Shown in pieces: positions 36,096-46,100 of a stretch of 64,000 nucleotides of DNA. Each line of letters begins with the position of its first letter. Position 1 is the stretch's first letter. The stretch is from Candidatus Omnitrophota bacterium. GTDB lineage: Bacteria > Omnitrophota > Gorgyraeia > Duberdicusellales > 4484-171. The stretch lies in contig PMCS01000030.1 in the NCBI GenBank assembly GCA_003154195.1, positions 59,446 through 123,445 on the forward strand, read 5' to 3'. The notes under the pieces are model-generated. The model worked only from the letters and a program-made list of their open reading frames with translations. It was not told the DNA's origin and ran no database searches. Position numbers and translations under genes: made by a program.

Positions 36096-37034
36096 ATGTA
36101 TTTCTACGGACCGGTTCCTTCCCGCAGGCTCGGGTTTTCTTTAGGGGTCGATTTAATACCCAAAAAGGTATGTTCTTTCGATTGCGTCTATTGCCATGTC
36201 GCTCGGACTACCCAAAAAACCGCCGGACAATTTTCTTATGTTAAGTTACCGCAGTTTACGAAAGAACTTAAGGCGACCATAGCAAAGAAGCCCCAGCTTG
36301 ATTATATAACCATCTCCGGTTCCGGCGAGCCGACCTTGCACAAAAACCTCGATAAAATAATCGGCATCATCAAGCAAACAACCAAAAACAGATATCCGGT
36401 TTGCGTAATCACTAACTCTTCGCTTTTATACCGTAAGTCCGTGCGTCGAGCTTTGCGCCGCGCCGACTTGATTATTCCTTCGCTCGATGCCGCTACCCCG
36501 CGGGTTTTTGAAAAAATTAACCGGCCGCTTAAGGGGATAACCATCGATAAAATAATCAACGGCCTTATCCGGTTGAGAAAAGAATTCAAGGGTAAAATCT
36601 GGTTGGAAATAATGGTGGTGCGCGGCATTAACGATACACTTGACGAAGCGTTTCGGCTGCGAGAGGCTGTTGCTAAAATAAAACCCGATAAAGTCCAACT
36701 GAATATACCGGTGCGGCCGGCCTGGGCAGATATAGCCCTACCCGATAAAGAGCGCGTCCGGGAAATAGCGAAAATCATCGGCGGCAATATCGAAATTATC
36801 GCCCGATTTAACAAGAAACCGAGAAAGCAATCCGGCGGCGACGCCGCGAATGTAATCATCGAATTTTTGAAACGCCGTCCGGCAAACCTAAGCGATTTGG
36901 AAAAGACGCTGGGCATCAGCCGTCTTCGGTTGAACCGCTCTCTACGCGATCTAATATCGCGCGGGAAGATAAAAGAGAAAATGGCGCATGGCGAAAAATA
37001 TTTTATTTTTTGCGGCGCAAAAAATAAAATATGA
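36096..37034 (+). CDS. Radical SAM domain protein (small, non-B12)
   Basis: The N-terminal CSFDCVYCHV is a CX3CX2C motif 25 aa from the start. Confidence 0.65.
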   Translation: MYFYGPVPSRRLGFSLGVDLIPKKVCSFDCVYCHVARTTQKTAGQFSYVKLPQFTKELKATIAKKPQLDYITISGSGEPTLHKNLDKIIGIIKQTTKNRYPVCVITNSSLLYRKSVRRALRRADLIIPSLDAATPRVFEKINRPLKGITIDKIINGLIRLRKEFKGKIWLEIMVVRGINDTLDEAFRLREAVAKIKPDKVQLNIPVRPAWADIALPDKERVREIAKIIGGNIEIIARFNKKPRKQSGGDAANVIIEFLKRRPANLSDLEKTLGISRLRLNRSLRDLISRGKIKEKMAHGEKYFIFCGAKNKI

Positions 37035-37684
37035 TTAAAGAGAATATCGAAAAGATTTTGAAGGAATTGCCGCCGGGGGTGGAGCTGGCCGCGGCGGTCA
37101 AAGGGCGTAGTATTGCCGAAGTAAAAGAAGCGGCGGCGGCGGGGGTGACGATTTTGGCCGACAATTATCTCCAGGAAGCCGCCGAAAAAATCGAAGCTTT
37201 AGGAAGGGTTGCCCGGTGGCATTTTATCGGCCATTTACAAAAAAATAAAGTCCAAAAAGCGGCGGCGCTCTTCGATATGCTGGAGACTATTGATTCTTTT
37301 GAACTCGCTCAGGTTTTGGATAAAGAATGCGGCAGGCTGGGCAAGGTAATGCCGGTATTGCTTGAGGTAAACTCCGCGGACGAACCGCAGAAAGCGGGAT
37401 TAGAACCGGCCGAGGTGGAAAGTTTTGTCGGCCGGGCCGGCTCGTTGGCGCATCTGAAGATATCCGGGCTGATGACGATGGGGCCGCTGGTGGATAATCC
37501 GGAAGCGATTAGGCCGTTTTTCCGGAAAGTGAAGGAAATTTTTGATTTGATAAAGAGCAAAGCGTATGATAATTTAGATTGGAGATATTTATCGATGGGC
37601 ATGAGCGATACTTACAAGATCGCGATTGAAGAGGGGGCTAATATCGTTCGCATTGGAACAGCTATTTTCGGTATACGCAGATGA
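37031..37684 (+). CDS. yggS: YggS-family pyridoxal-phosphate homeostasis protein (PLPHP)
   Basis: LAAAVKGRSIAEVKEAAAAGVTILADNYLQEA...HFIGHLQKNKV. The stop codon lies within the left TIR of the downstream element. Confidence 0.85.
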   Translation: MIKENIEKILKELPPGVELAAAVKGRSIAEVKEAAAAGVTILADNYLQEAAEKIEALGRVARWHFIGHLQKNKVQKAAALFDMLETIDSFELAQVLDKECGRLGKVMPVLLEVNSADEPQKAGLEPAEVESFVGRAGSLAHLKISGLMTMGPLVDNPEAIRPFFRKVKEIFDLIKSKAYDNLDWRYLSMGMSDTYKIAIEEGANIVRIGTAIFGIRR

Positions 37685-38147
37685 TCACAGATGAGAAGAT
37701 GCAGATGATCGCTGATGATACGTATATTTATAGTGATTTAACCTATAAAATTATCGGGGCGGCTTACGATGTCCATAAGGAACTGGGTTCCGTCCATAAA
37801 GAAATTGTCTACCACAGAGCGTTGGCTATTGAATTCGGTAACAGGAACATCCCTTTTGTCGAAGAAAAGCCGATTGATGTAAAATTTAAAGAAAACAAAA
37901 TAGGAACATACAGGCCAGATTTTATTGTAGACGACAAAGTCGTGGTGGAGATAAAAGCCGTTCCTGCTATAGCCAAAGCAATGTATGATAAGGTTTATTA
38001 TTATGCCAAGGGCTCAAAATATAAATTGGTCTTATTGATTAATTTTGGTTCTCCTAAAGTTACTATAAAAAGATTAATATATACTAAGGATGCGGGATGA
38101 TATTTTATCTGCGATCATCAGCATCTTTTAATCAGCGATCATCTGCA
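37678..38147 (+). mobile_element. TIR-bounded mini-element carrying one GxxExxY-family (PD-(D/E)xK nuclease-like) gene
   Basis: Left end gcagatgatcacagatgagaagatgcagatgatcgctgatgatacg. Right end tatctgcgatcatcagcatcttttaatcagcgatcatctgcac. The reverse complement of the right end aligns to the left end, giving ~43-bp imperfect TIRs. The element sits exactly between the yggS stop and the MBL gene ATG. Confidence 0.65.
37681..38100 (+). CDS. GxxExxY-family protein (predicted PD-(D/E)xK nuclease fold)
   Basis: IIGAAYDVHKELGSVHKEIVYHRAL...PDFIVDDKVVVEIKAV. The E-x-K with preceding D matches PD-(D/E)xK. A homolog at 53759-54076 carries GCGFLEYVYQEAL. Confidence 0.7.
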   Translation: MITDEKMQMIADDTYIYSDLTYKIIGAAYDVHKELGSVHKEIVYHRALAIEFGNRNIPFVEEKPIDVKFKENKIGTYRPDFIVDDKVVVEIKAVPAIAKAMYDKVYYYAKGSKYKLVLLINFGSPKVTIKRLIYTKDAG

Positions 38148-38149
38148 CT

Positions 38150-38857
38150 ATGCGACTAAAAATTCTATTTGAAAAAGAAAAAATCGACGAAAGATTCTCC
38201 GGCGGATGGGGATTGTCTTATCTGGTGGGGGAGAATGTCCTTTTTGATACCGGCGAGAAGTTCGAATTTCTGGAAAACAACGCCCGGTTGATGAACGTTG
38301 ATTTAAACAAAATCAATAAAGTCGTGATTTCTCATACCCATTGGGACCATGTTTCTGGTTTGTGGGAGCTCTTAAAGCGTAACCGGGGGATTACGGTATA
38401 TGGCTGTCCGCGTTTCGAGGAAGATTTTAAGAATAAAGTGACCGCCGCTTGCAGCCGGTTTGTGGAAGTAAAAGAGATGGTGGAATTGGAAAAAGGGGTC
38501 TATGCTTCCGGCGAGATGATGGCTAATTATAAGGGTGAAGTAGTGGCGGAGCACGCTATGGCCCTCGATTCAGGGAACAATATCGCGATTCTTTGCGGTT
38601 GCTGTCATCCGGGAGTGCTGAACATGCTGCAGAAGATTACCGGTTTTTTCGGCCGGCATGTTGATATGCTCATCGGCGGTTTGCACCTGATGGATAAGGA
38701 GAAGAGATTTACCGAATATATTATCCAGGAAATGCCGGTTCGGGTCAAAAAAGCCGCGCCGGGGCATTGCACCGGCAGTGAAGCCGCCGCTCGCCTGAGA
38801 GCTATTTATAAGGAAAATTTCATCGAGCTGAAAGCGGGGATGGAGCTTGAGATATAA
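38150..38857 (+). CDS. MBL-fold metallo-hydrolase
   Basis: HTHWDHVSGL (HxHxDH zinc motif) and later H/D ligands. Confidence 0.6.
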   Translation: MRLKILFEKEKIDERFSGGWGLSYLVGENVLFDTGEKFEFLENNARLMNVDLNKINKVVISHTHWDHVSGLWELLKRNRGITVYGCPRFEEDFKNKVTAACSRFVEVKEMVELEKGVYASGEMMANYKGEVVAEHAMALDSGNNIAILCGCCHPGVLNMLQKITGFFGRHVDMLIGGLHLMDKEKRFTEYIIQEMPVRVKKAAPGHCTGSEAAARLRAIYKENFIELKAGMELEI

Positions 38858-39060
38858 AATCGGTTAAGGCTAGGGTAAAGAAGCCGGTTTGGGCTATGGC
38901 AATGGTTAGGGCTGATACGAATTTACAGCCGTTACCTTAACCTTGCCCCATACCGGCATTCCGCCTCCGCTAAAGTCCGCCTTCGCCAAGGCCTTCGGCG
39001 AGACTTCTCCGAAGCTCTAAGGGCGAAGGAGAGCGTAATCTTCGCCATAGCCGTTTTTAA
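38858..39060 (-). repeat. Family-A (copy 3) plus family-G composite repeat, inverted orientation
   Basis: The reverse complement of 38858-38950 aligns to 35960-36037. The reverse complement of 38955-39050 aligns to 35780-35900. Confidence 0.65.
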
Positions 39061-39077
39061 CTAAGGGTATTTATTAT

Positions 39078-39419
39078 ATGAAATTCTTTAATTTTTTTGC
39101 TCGGTGGTCGGTGGTTTTTTGTCTATGGTCTGTTTTTTTATCCGGATGCGTTGGAATGCGCGATTGCACCGGCGCCCGGCGCGGCGCCTTTTGCCTGCTG
39201 CGCGATAATAAATTCGGCGAAGGCGGCGAAGGCAAAGATTACCATATTATCTCCGATGAGATTTATCTTAGCCGGGGCGATACCCAAAATGAAATTATCG
39301 CTAAAATCGGCCTGCCGGACAGTCAGGAGGCTACTAAAGACGGCTATGAAATCTGGCGCTACAAAAGCCATTCTTTGGAGTTGTATTTCGAAAGCGGCCG
39401 GTTGAAGTTCTGGCGCTGA
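39078..39419 (+). CDS. Small predicted lipoprotein
   Basis: Signal peptide with lipobox-like LSGC; 113 aa; GGGTA RBS upstream. Confidence 0.45.
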   Translation: MKFFNFFARWSVVFCLWSVFLSGCVGMRDCTGARRGAFCLLRDNKFGEGGEGKDYHIISDEIYLSRGDTQNEIIAKIGLPDSQEATKDGYEIWRYKSHSLELYFESGRLKFWR

Positions 39420-39439
39420 CCCGAAAAATGATATAAATT

Positions 39440-39625
39440 TTTCCCTTTTTTTCACCTTCCCTTCCCTTCCCTTCCGTTTCCATATTTCTCCTTTCTTAGT
39501 TTCAATCTAGGGATTATCAACTAGGGACGATAGACTTTTTCATCCCTCGTCCTTCAGCATTCACACACGTCCCACGTTTCTGCGGTTACTGCCGCGAACG
39601 TCCCACGGTATTACGGTTTTCTCTG
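39440..39625 (-). repeat. Family-D repeat (copy X), inverted relative to copy Y at 47345-47525
   Basis: The reverse complement reads gggacgttcgcggcagtaaccgcagaaacgtgggacgtgtgtgaa...ctagattgaaactaagaaaggagaaatatggaaacggaagggaagg. Copy Y reads gggacgtctgcggcagcagccgctgggacgtgggtgaag...gatagattgaaactgaaaaacgggaaatacgagaaacggaaaggcag. Confidence 0.65.
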
Positions 39626-39691
39626 AAATAGGTCGCTGCCCCTATTAAAGAATTATTCTGTAAATGGTTTCAGTAAGGCTTCTTTCCCCCC

Positions 39692-40010
39692 TTGTTTTTT
39701 AAACTTCCGCGTGTTATATCTTAATACTCCTAAAAGAAAATATTGCGTTACCCTTGTTTTTTCCAGGGGAATATGTTATATCTTCCTTCAACCTCAATAT
39801 ATGAGGGGAAAAATCCAAGGATGCCGGTTAGCCGACAAGCGGCGGAACTTGACGCTTTTGCGTGGCCGGAGAATCGCCGCCGGCAAGGCATTTTTCAGGG
39901 AATAATTTTAAGGCGTCAAGGAGTATTCCCTCAAGCGGGATAAGCCTTGTAACCGTTTTCCTTTATCCATAGCTCTGCCCTTGTTTTTTGGGGTTAAGCG
40001 TGTTATATAT
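39692..40010 (+). promoter_or_regulatory. Three tandem copies of a sigma-70-like promoter module upstream of giant gene 1
   Basis: R1 39692-39720, R2 39755-39782, R3 39981-40009. Each is CCCTTGTTTtttNNN...(T)GTGTTATAT(C/A), that is TTGTTT, a 16-17-bp spacer with extended TG, then TATATC or TATATA. Confidence 0.5.
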
Positions 40011-40193
40011 TGGGCAGATGCGGAGAGCCATATTGTGTATTTTTATACAGCCGAAAAGCAAACGGAGTTTACGCGGGCTTGCGCGTAAAACTTTATATAG
40101 GTATAAATATATTAACTTAACAACAATAATGTTTTTCTAATGGCAATTTATTTTCGCGGGAACCGCGAAGATAAATCAGGAGGGTTCAAACCC

Positions 40194-43100
40194 ATGCTTA
40201 ACCTACTTAACCACAAAAAAGTCAACGGTTTAACTAAAGTCTTAATTTCTACCCTGGCGTTTTTATTTTTCTTTTCCAGCCTGGGTATCTCGCGTGCCTT
40301 GCCGCAAGCTGGGCCCGGCGCCATTATGGCGAGCCTGCCGGTTCCGGGGCAGATGGTAAATATTACCCCGCCGTTCACTCCGGTGTTGATTAAAGGCCTT
40401 AAGCTCGACGTCAATGACCCGTTTAAATTCAACTTTATTGTCGAGCCGGGCGACAGCCGATTGAAAGACGCTCAATTAAAAGAAGAAATCTCCGATTTAG
40501 TGCGCTACTTCTTAACCGCCTTAACCGTTCCCGAATCTGACCTTTGGGTCAACCTTTCGCCGTTTGAGAACAGCCGTGTTATCACCGATGAATTGTCGTC
40601 GACCGATTTAGGCCGCGATTTGTTGGCTTCCGATTACATTCTCAAGCAATTAGTTTCTTCCCTGACCTATCCGGAATCGCCTTTAGGCAAAAAATTCTGG
40701 GATAAAGTATACAAGCGCGCCGGCGAATTATACGGCACCACCAAAATCCCGGTCAATACGTTTAATAAAATCTGGATTATGCCCGAATCGGCTTCGATTT
40801 ACGAGAACGGCAACCAGGTGATTATCTCCGATATTAAACTCAAAGTGATGCTGGAAGCGGATTATCTGGCGATGAAGAATACCAAGGGGCAGGGGGCAGG
40901 AGTCAAGGGCCAAAGCGAAAATACAAAAAAGGATATCAATGATTTAAGCGGGCAGATCATGAAGGAAGTGATCCTGCCGGTCATCGAGCAGGAAGTCAAC
41001 CAGGGAAAGAATTTTGCCAAAGTGCGTCAGATCACCTATTCGATTATCCTGGCCAGCTGGTTTAAACTGAAACTCAAAGACAGCCTGGTGGCTAAAGCCT
41101 ATGCCAATAAAAAGACGATGAAGGGCGTCGATACCAGCGACCCGGCGTTACGCGAACGCATTTATCAGCAATATGTCTCCGCCTATAAAAAGGGCGTCTA
41201 TGACTATATCAAAAAAGAATTCGAAGGTAATTCTTCGCGCCAGGTAAGGCGCAGGTATTATTCCGGCGGGTATACCATCAGTAATGCTGTAGAGTTGGTC
41301 AGCGGCGGGGTGGAGGTCACCACCCCCCAGTTTGCTCAAGCCGCGGCTCGTAAAGAAACAGTAATCGCCACGGCTTTAGTAAACGAGGGGGGCGTCACCG
41401 CTTCGCCGGTTGGAATCATGTCGTCCCCGTTGGCTAGAGTCACTGAACTAAAAGGTAAGATAATTCCTTCTCTTGAAAGGGATCTTGCGGCAAAAATGGC
41501 TGTGCATCGAAAACAACAGGCGAATATCAAGGACGAACATCAGCGACAGGTGGGCATATATGCGAGAACTTGGGCTACGCAGGCACTTCTCAAATATGAC
41601 ACTGAAATCAGTAAGAGAGCCAACTACGATGGTGACAGGGTAGCCGCCGCTTGGGCAGATCTACAACAGGCTAAAGCTGCGTGGAATGTAGAAAAAGAAC
41701 TTGATCAACGTCGTTTGGAACTAGCGAGCCTAGAACTAGAAATAAGAATAAAAAAAAGAGGGTCTTCGGCGGTAGCCGCTTCGCCGGTAACACCTGTGGA
41801 GGATGGATTTACCTCGGCAATAGCCGGTTTTTACGCTATGGCGGGCCAAGCTAAACCTGATTGGCGAACGATGCGAGCTGAAGTTGAAGGAAAATATAAT
41901 ACGCTCAAGGCAGAATTAGATAGAGCCCACGAGGAAGCCGACAGACAATATAAGGAAAGGATGACTCAGAACAATGAATTACTTCAAGCATGGTCTGACT
42001 TGGAAGAGGCTGTAGGAAAAGTAGCGAAAGAATTAAGGCAAGTAGAAACAGAAATGGCAAATGTTGCTGGCCAGGAAGGTAGTCAAGATAAAGTATCTGC
42101 TTTGCGACAGCGATTAGATGAAATAAAGGCAAGATATTCATCGATTCTTGCTAAAAAAGACGAAGCTGATGCCCGTATGGTAGCAGATTTCAATGAAAGA
42201 GTGAACCCCTTAAGACTTTCCTTGGAGACTATCGAAATCAAACTCCTTGCTGCTGAATTAGAGTTTAGGATGGTTATGGCGGGATATCCTAACGTTGGAA
42301 TTATGAATGGTATTATCCAGGAATATGAGACAGGAGCAAGAACGCATTCGACTTTGGCAGACTATAGAGAGATGATTGGTCACGAATCGATTACTGAAGA
42401 GATGCTTAAACCTTTGGCGGAAGCGATAGAAAGAGCCAAGGCACGCGTTGCTGATCTTAAGGCTAAAGAAGGTAAGGCTTCGGATGCGGCTCAAGAAGCG
42501 CCGACCGCGCCGACCGCGCCGGCCGCGCCGGCCGCGCCGACCCACGAAGCTGAGTCAACGGCCAGAGCTTTAGAGACCCCGGAGGTAACGCCAACGCAAG
42601 TCACTATGCAGTCGACGGAAATGTTGGCTGCAGCGGTTAATGATTTGGCAGACCAACATCGGGTGCGCTCTGAAGCAATGGTAAGGGCGCAGGCAAAACG
42701 TGAGACGCTGAAAACAGAGCTTGAGGCGGCGAGGCAGGCGGCCGATTCAGCTCTCGGCCAATCAGACTATGATACGCTTCGAGAAGCCTGGGCGCAAAAA
42801 AGCAGAGAATGGGATGAATTTATCACGCAGACATTTAACCCTCAAGTTGATCCATATAATGCCGGTTTAGCCCGGTTGCAAGCGGCCAGGATAGCGGCTG
42901 ATGTGGTGGCGTATAGAGGCGAAGGCCGGAGCATCGGGGATACTGATGTTAAGATGTGGCAGGCCCTGGGCGATAAGATTAGGGCGACAATTGAGTACTT
43001 AGAAGATACGGGAGAACGGTTCGCGGAGCCGCACAATAATGCCCCGACGGTTGAGCAGCTCAAGAATCTTGACGCGGAATTGGCATTAGCTAAAAGTCAT

Positions 43101-46100
43101 CTTAGCGTGGCGTACTATGCGCAAGGGTTAACGGAAACGCCGGCTTTTTTAAACGAGCTTTCCCAGGCCAGCGCGGAAAATCAAGATAGAGCGATTAAAG
43201 AAATTGTTAAGATTGCCCAAGGTAAAGGAAAAGTCTTGGCGGAAATAATCAGGCTCATTAATAGAACATCCGGTCTGCCGGAAAACCTTCGGCCGGTTAC
43301 CACTAAGCTTCTTGCCGCGATACATAAAGAACCGGGTTCGACGAAGGATTTGCTCGGGCGTCCCAGGGCGCCTAAGATCCGGGCCGCCGTGATTGATGCG
43401 CTCGATAAAATTCCCGGAAGCGACAGTGATGCAGCGCTTGAGCTTATTGGGGTTGGGCCTGGGGGTGAAGCCGTGCCTGGGGGTGAAGCCGCGATGGATG
43501 TTTTAGCGACACGAAAACAGTTAGGGGGTAGAATCGGCAGTGGAGAGCCGGAAAGAGGGGATAGCGGTATGCGGAGACTTTTAGAAGAATTCCCCCCTGA
43601 TCCGGATAAGCCGACACCATCAGACTCGGCTAAGGACGCAGCGGCCAAGCTTGCCGCCGCGGCTAAAGCTGGTGACGCCAGTGCGGCGACAGCCGCGGTG
43701 CTGGATGCATCCATGGGAGTGGACCGCGTAGCTCAAGCCAGCAAGACCGGAACCGACTCGGAGCGTATTACCGCTCTTGATCTTCTTTTTTCGATTGCTA
43801 CTACCGGCCAGGGGTCGCGCCGCGCCCGCTGGGCGATTACTGATGCCGCGGTTAACGCCGATAGTTCAGCTGCCGTGCGGATTGCCGCGCTTAAATATCT
43901 TGGCGCGCTCAACAATCACGCCGCGCTTCCGGCGCTTAACCATGTAATTAACGATATCGCTGGTAGGTCTCAGGCGGATAGGGATAAAGCCGGCCTTGCT
44001 GCGGTCAGCGAGGCGGCGCGCCAGGCTATCAAAGATATCAATGAAACCAATGCCAAGCCCAATGCGCTTGTCAGATTAACCAACGCTTTTAAGGCAATTT
44101 ACTATAGGTTGATAACCAATAGCGCCCAAAGCGCGCCTGCGGGTGCATCTACGACTACGTCAACTGCCAAGGGCGGTGGTAATGTCGTCGGCGGGGGAAA
44201 TGACGATGCTGCCGCTAAAGCTCTTGCTCAAGCAAAAGAAGCCGCGGCTCAAGCCCTTACTGAAGCAAAGGCAAAAGTCGAACCCGTTACTGCTGATTTG
44301 AGAGATAAACAACATCAAGCCGAAATCGAAGCTACAATTGCGGCACGTACGCAAAGAGAGTTTGTGGAATTGGGTAAACAACGGGCCGCCAAAGAAAAAG
44401 AATTGGCCGATGCCCAGGCGGCAAAAACTGCCGCCGACCAGGCTGTTGCCACTCTTGAGGCGCCGCCGGTTAAAGTGCCGGGGAAAAGAGCGCCCTCGGC
44501 TGCTAAGAGGAAAAAAGACCTTGCCCAAGCCAGGAAAAATGCCGGGTACGCCACGGCTGAAGTCGAGAATCGTACGCGGGGATTGAATGATTTGGTATCG
44601 CTTGCGGTGAATCCGGCTGAAGCCAGGGCTGCAGCGGCTAAGACTGCGGCTGATGAGGCCGCGAAGCTTGCGGCAGAGGCCGAAACACAGGCAAAAGCGG
44701 CGCAAACCGCAGTTGACGAGGCGCAAGCTAAGGTGGAGCAATTGAATGCGCCGCCTAGCCAGTCCACCGGAACGGCGGCCGGCAATAAGCCGAATTTAGC
44801 TGTCGACGCCGCCAAGAAATTAGCCGATATCCCGCCGGATGAGCCTGTGTCGGTAGAGGAGAGTTTAGCTGAAGCCGCCGCCCGGATATTGGGCCACGGC
44901 GCTTCCGAAATAATCAATAGTGATCCGGAGGTAGCTGCCGTCCGGCTTTTAGATATTTTAAAAGACCCTGATCAATCTGCCGACCGCATCTCTGTTTTGA
45001 GATTGCTGGGGGAGATAGCCATGACTGAAATAATTGCTAAATATCGGCCGCAAGAAGCTGTGCCTGCGTCGGAAGGAGGGCCGGCCGTGTCGTCCGCGGT
45101 AAAAGTGATGAACGTCGAGTTGTCTTCTCATGTTGGGGCTATTTTGAATGCTATACTTGCTACTTTTAGGCAGGAAGGGGATGCCGGTATCCGTATCGCC
45201 GCGCTTGAGCAATTAGTCGAGTTAGGTTTATCTTTCCCCCCTGAAAGTGGGGGACGGGTTCCGATAATAAATGCAATCCAGTCAGTTGCCAAGAGCGGGA
45301 AAGGAGAAGATAAAGCAGTAATAAAAGCCGCTAAACAGGCTTTGATCGATATGGGGGTTCGTAGCAAATTGGGAAGGATAGGGCTACTTGCGGGGTTGGC
45401 GGTGGCGGTGGCTTTTGGCGGCTACGCGTTGCAACATGCCATGCAGGCTCCCGTCCCCGGCCTTGTTCCGGGCGTCGGCCATCTACCCGGAGGCCCCGAC
45501 GGAGGCCTCGATGTCGGACATCACGGCGCAAATCTGCCCCAGTTGATTATGCCTTCCCAAATGCCCCCGGATGATTATAAGTGGAGCCTGGAGCAGAACA
45601 GCGCGGGAAAATTGTTTTGGGTTGCCGTACCCGATTATTCTAAGCATCCCGATATTATGACCAGAGACCAAATTAATACACTTTATAATCCTCCGCCCGG
45701 TTTTTATCGGGACGGGAGTGATGCAGGCAGGTTGAATGCTTGGCTGGTGCCGATGTTTCCTATACCGGTACAGTCTACAGCGCCGGCCGGAACCGATACC
45801 GGTGTTCAAACTGCTACCGGCGTCATGGCCATCGATGCCGCAGTCCAGAAAGTCGCCGTTTCCGCGGCTCGTGAGGCGTTAGCCAATAGAGATACCGGCA
45901 AATCCGCGCTGGATTCCCAAGCGGTAACGCCCGACGCCGGAAAAAGCGACAAAACTGCCGTCGATGGCGGTACTACAGTAGATGTTCCCGGAGCGTATAC
46001 TACTACTCCGGTGGAAAAGGAAAAGATTCCCGCGACATCCCCTCCGGCTGATAATGGGAGCAATCCGACCGGAACAGGAGCAGCAGCAACCACAGGCGAT

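Noticed and set aside
39097-39455. Alternative ORFs overlapping the small lipoprotein gene on both strands
   Set aside because: They share the same GC-rich stretch. Only frame 39078-39419 has an RBS and a signal peptide.
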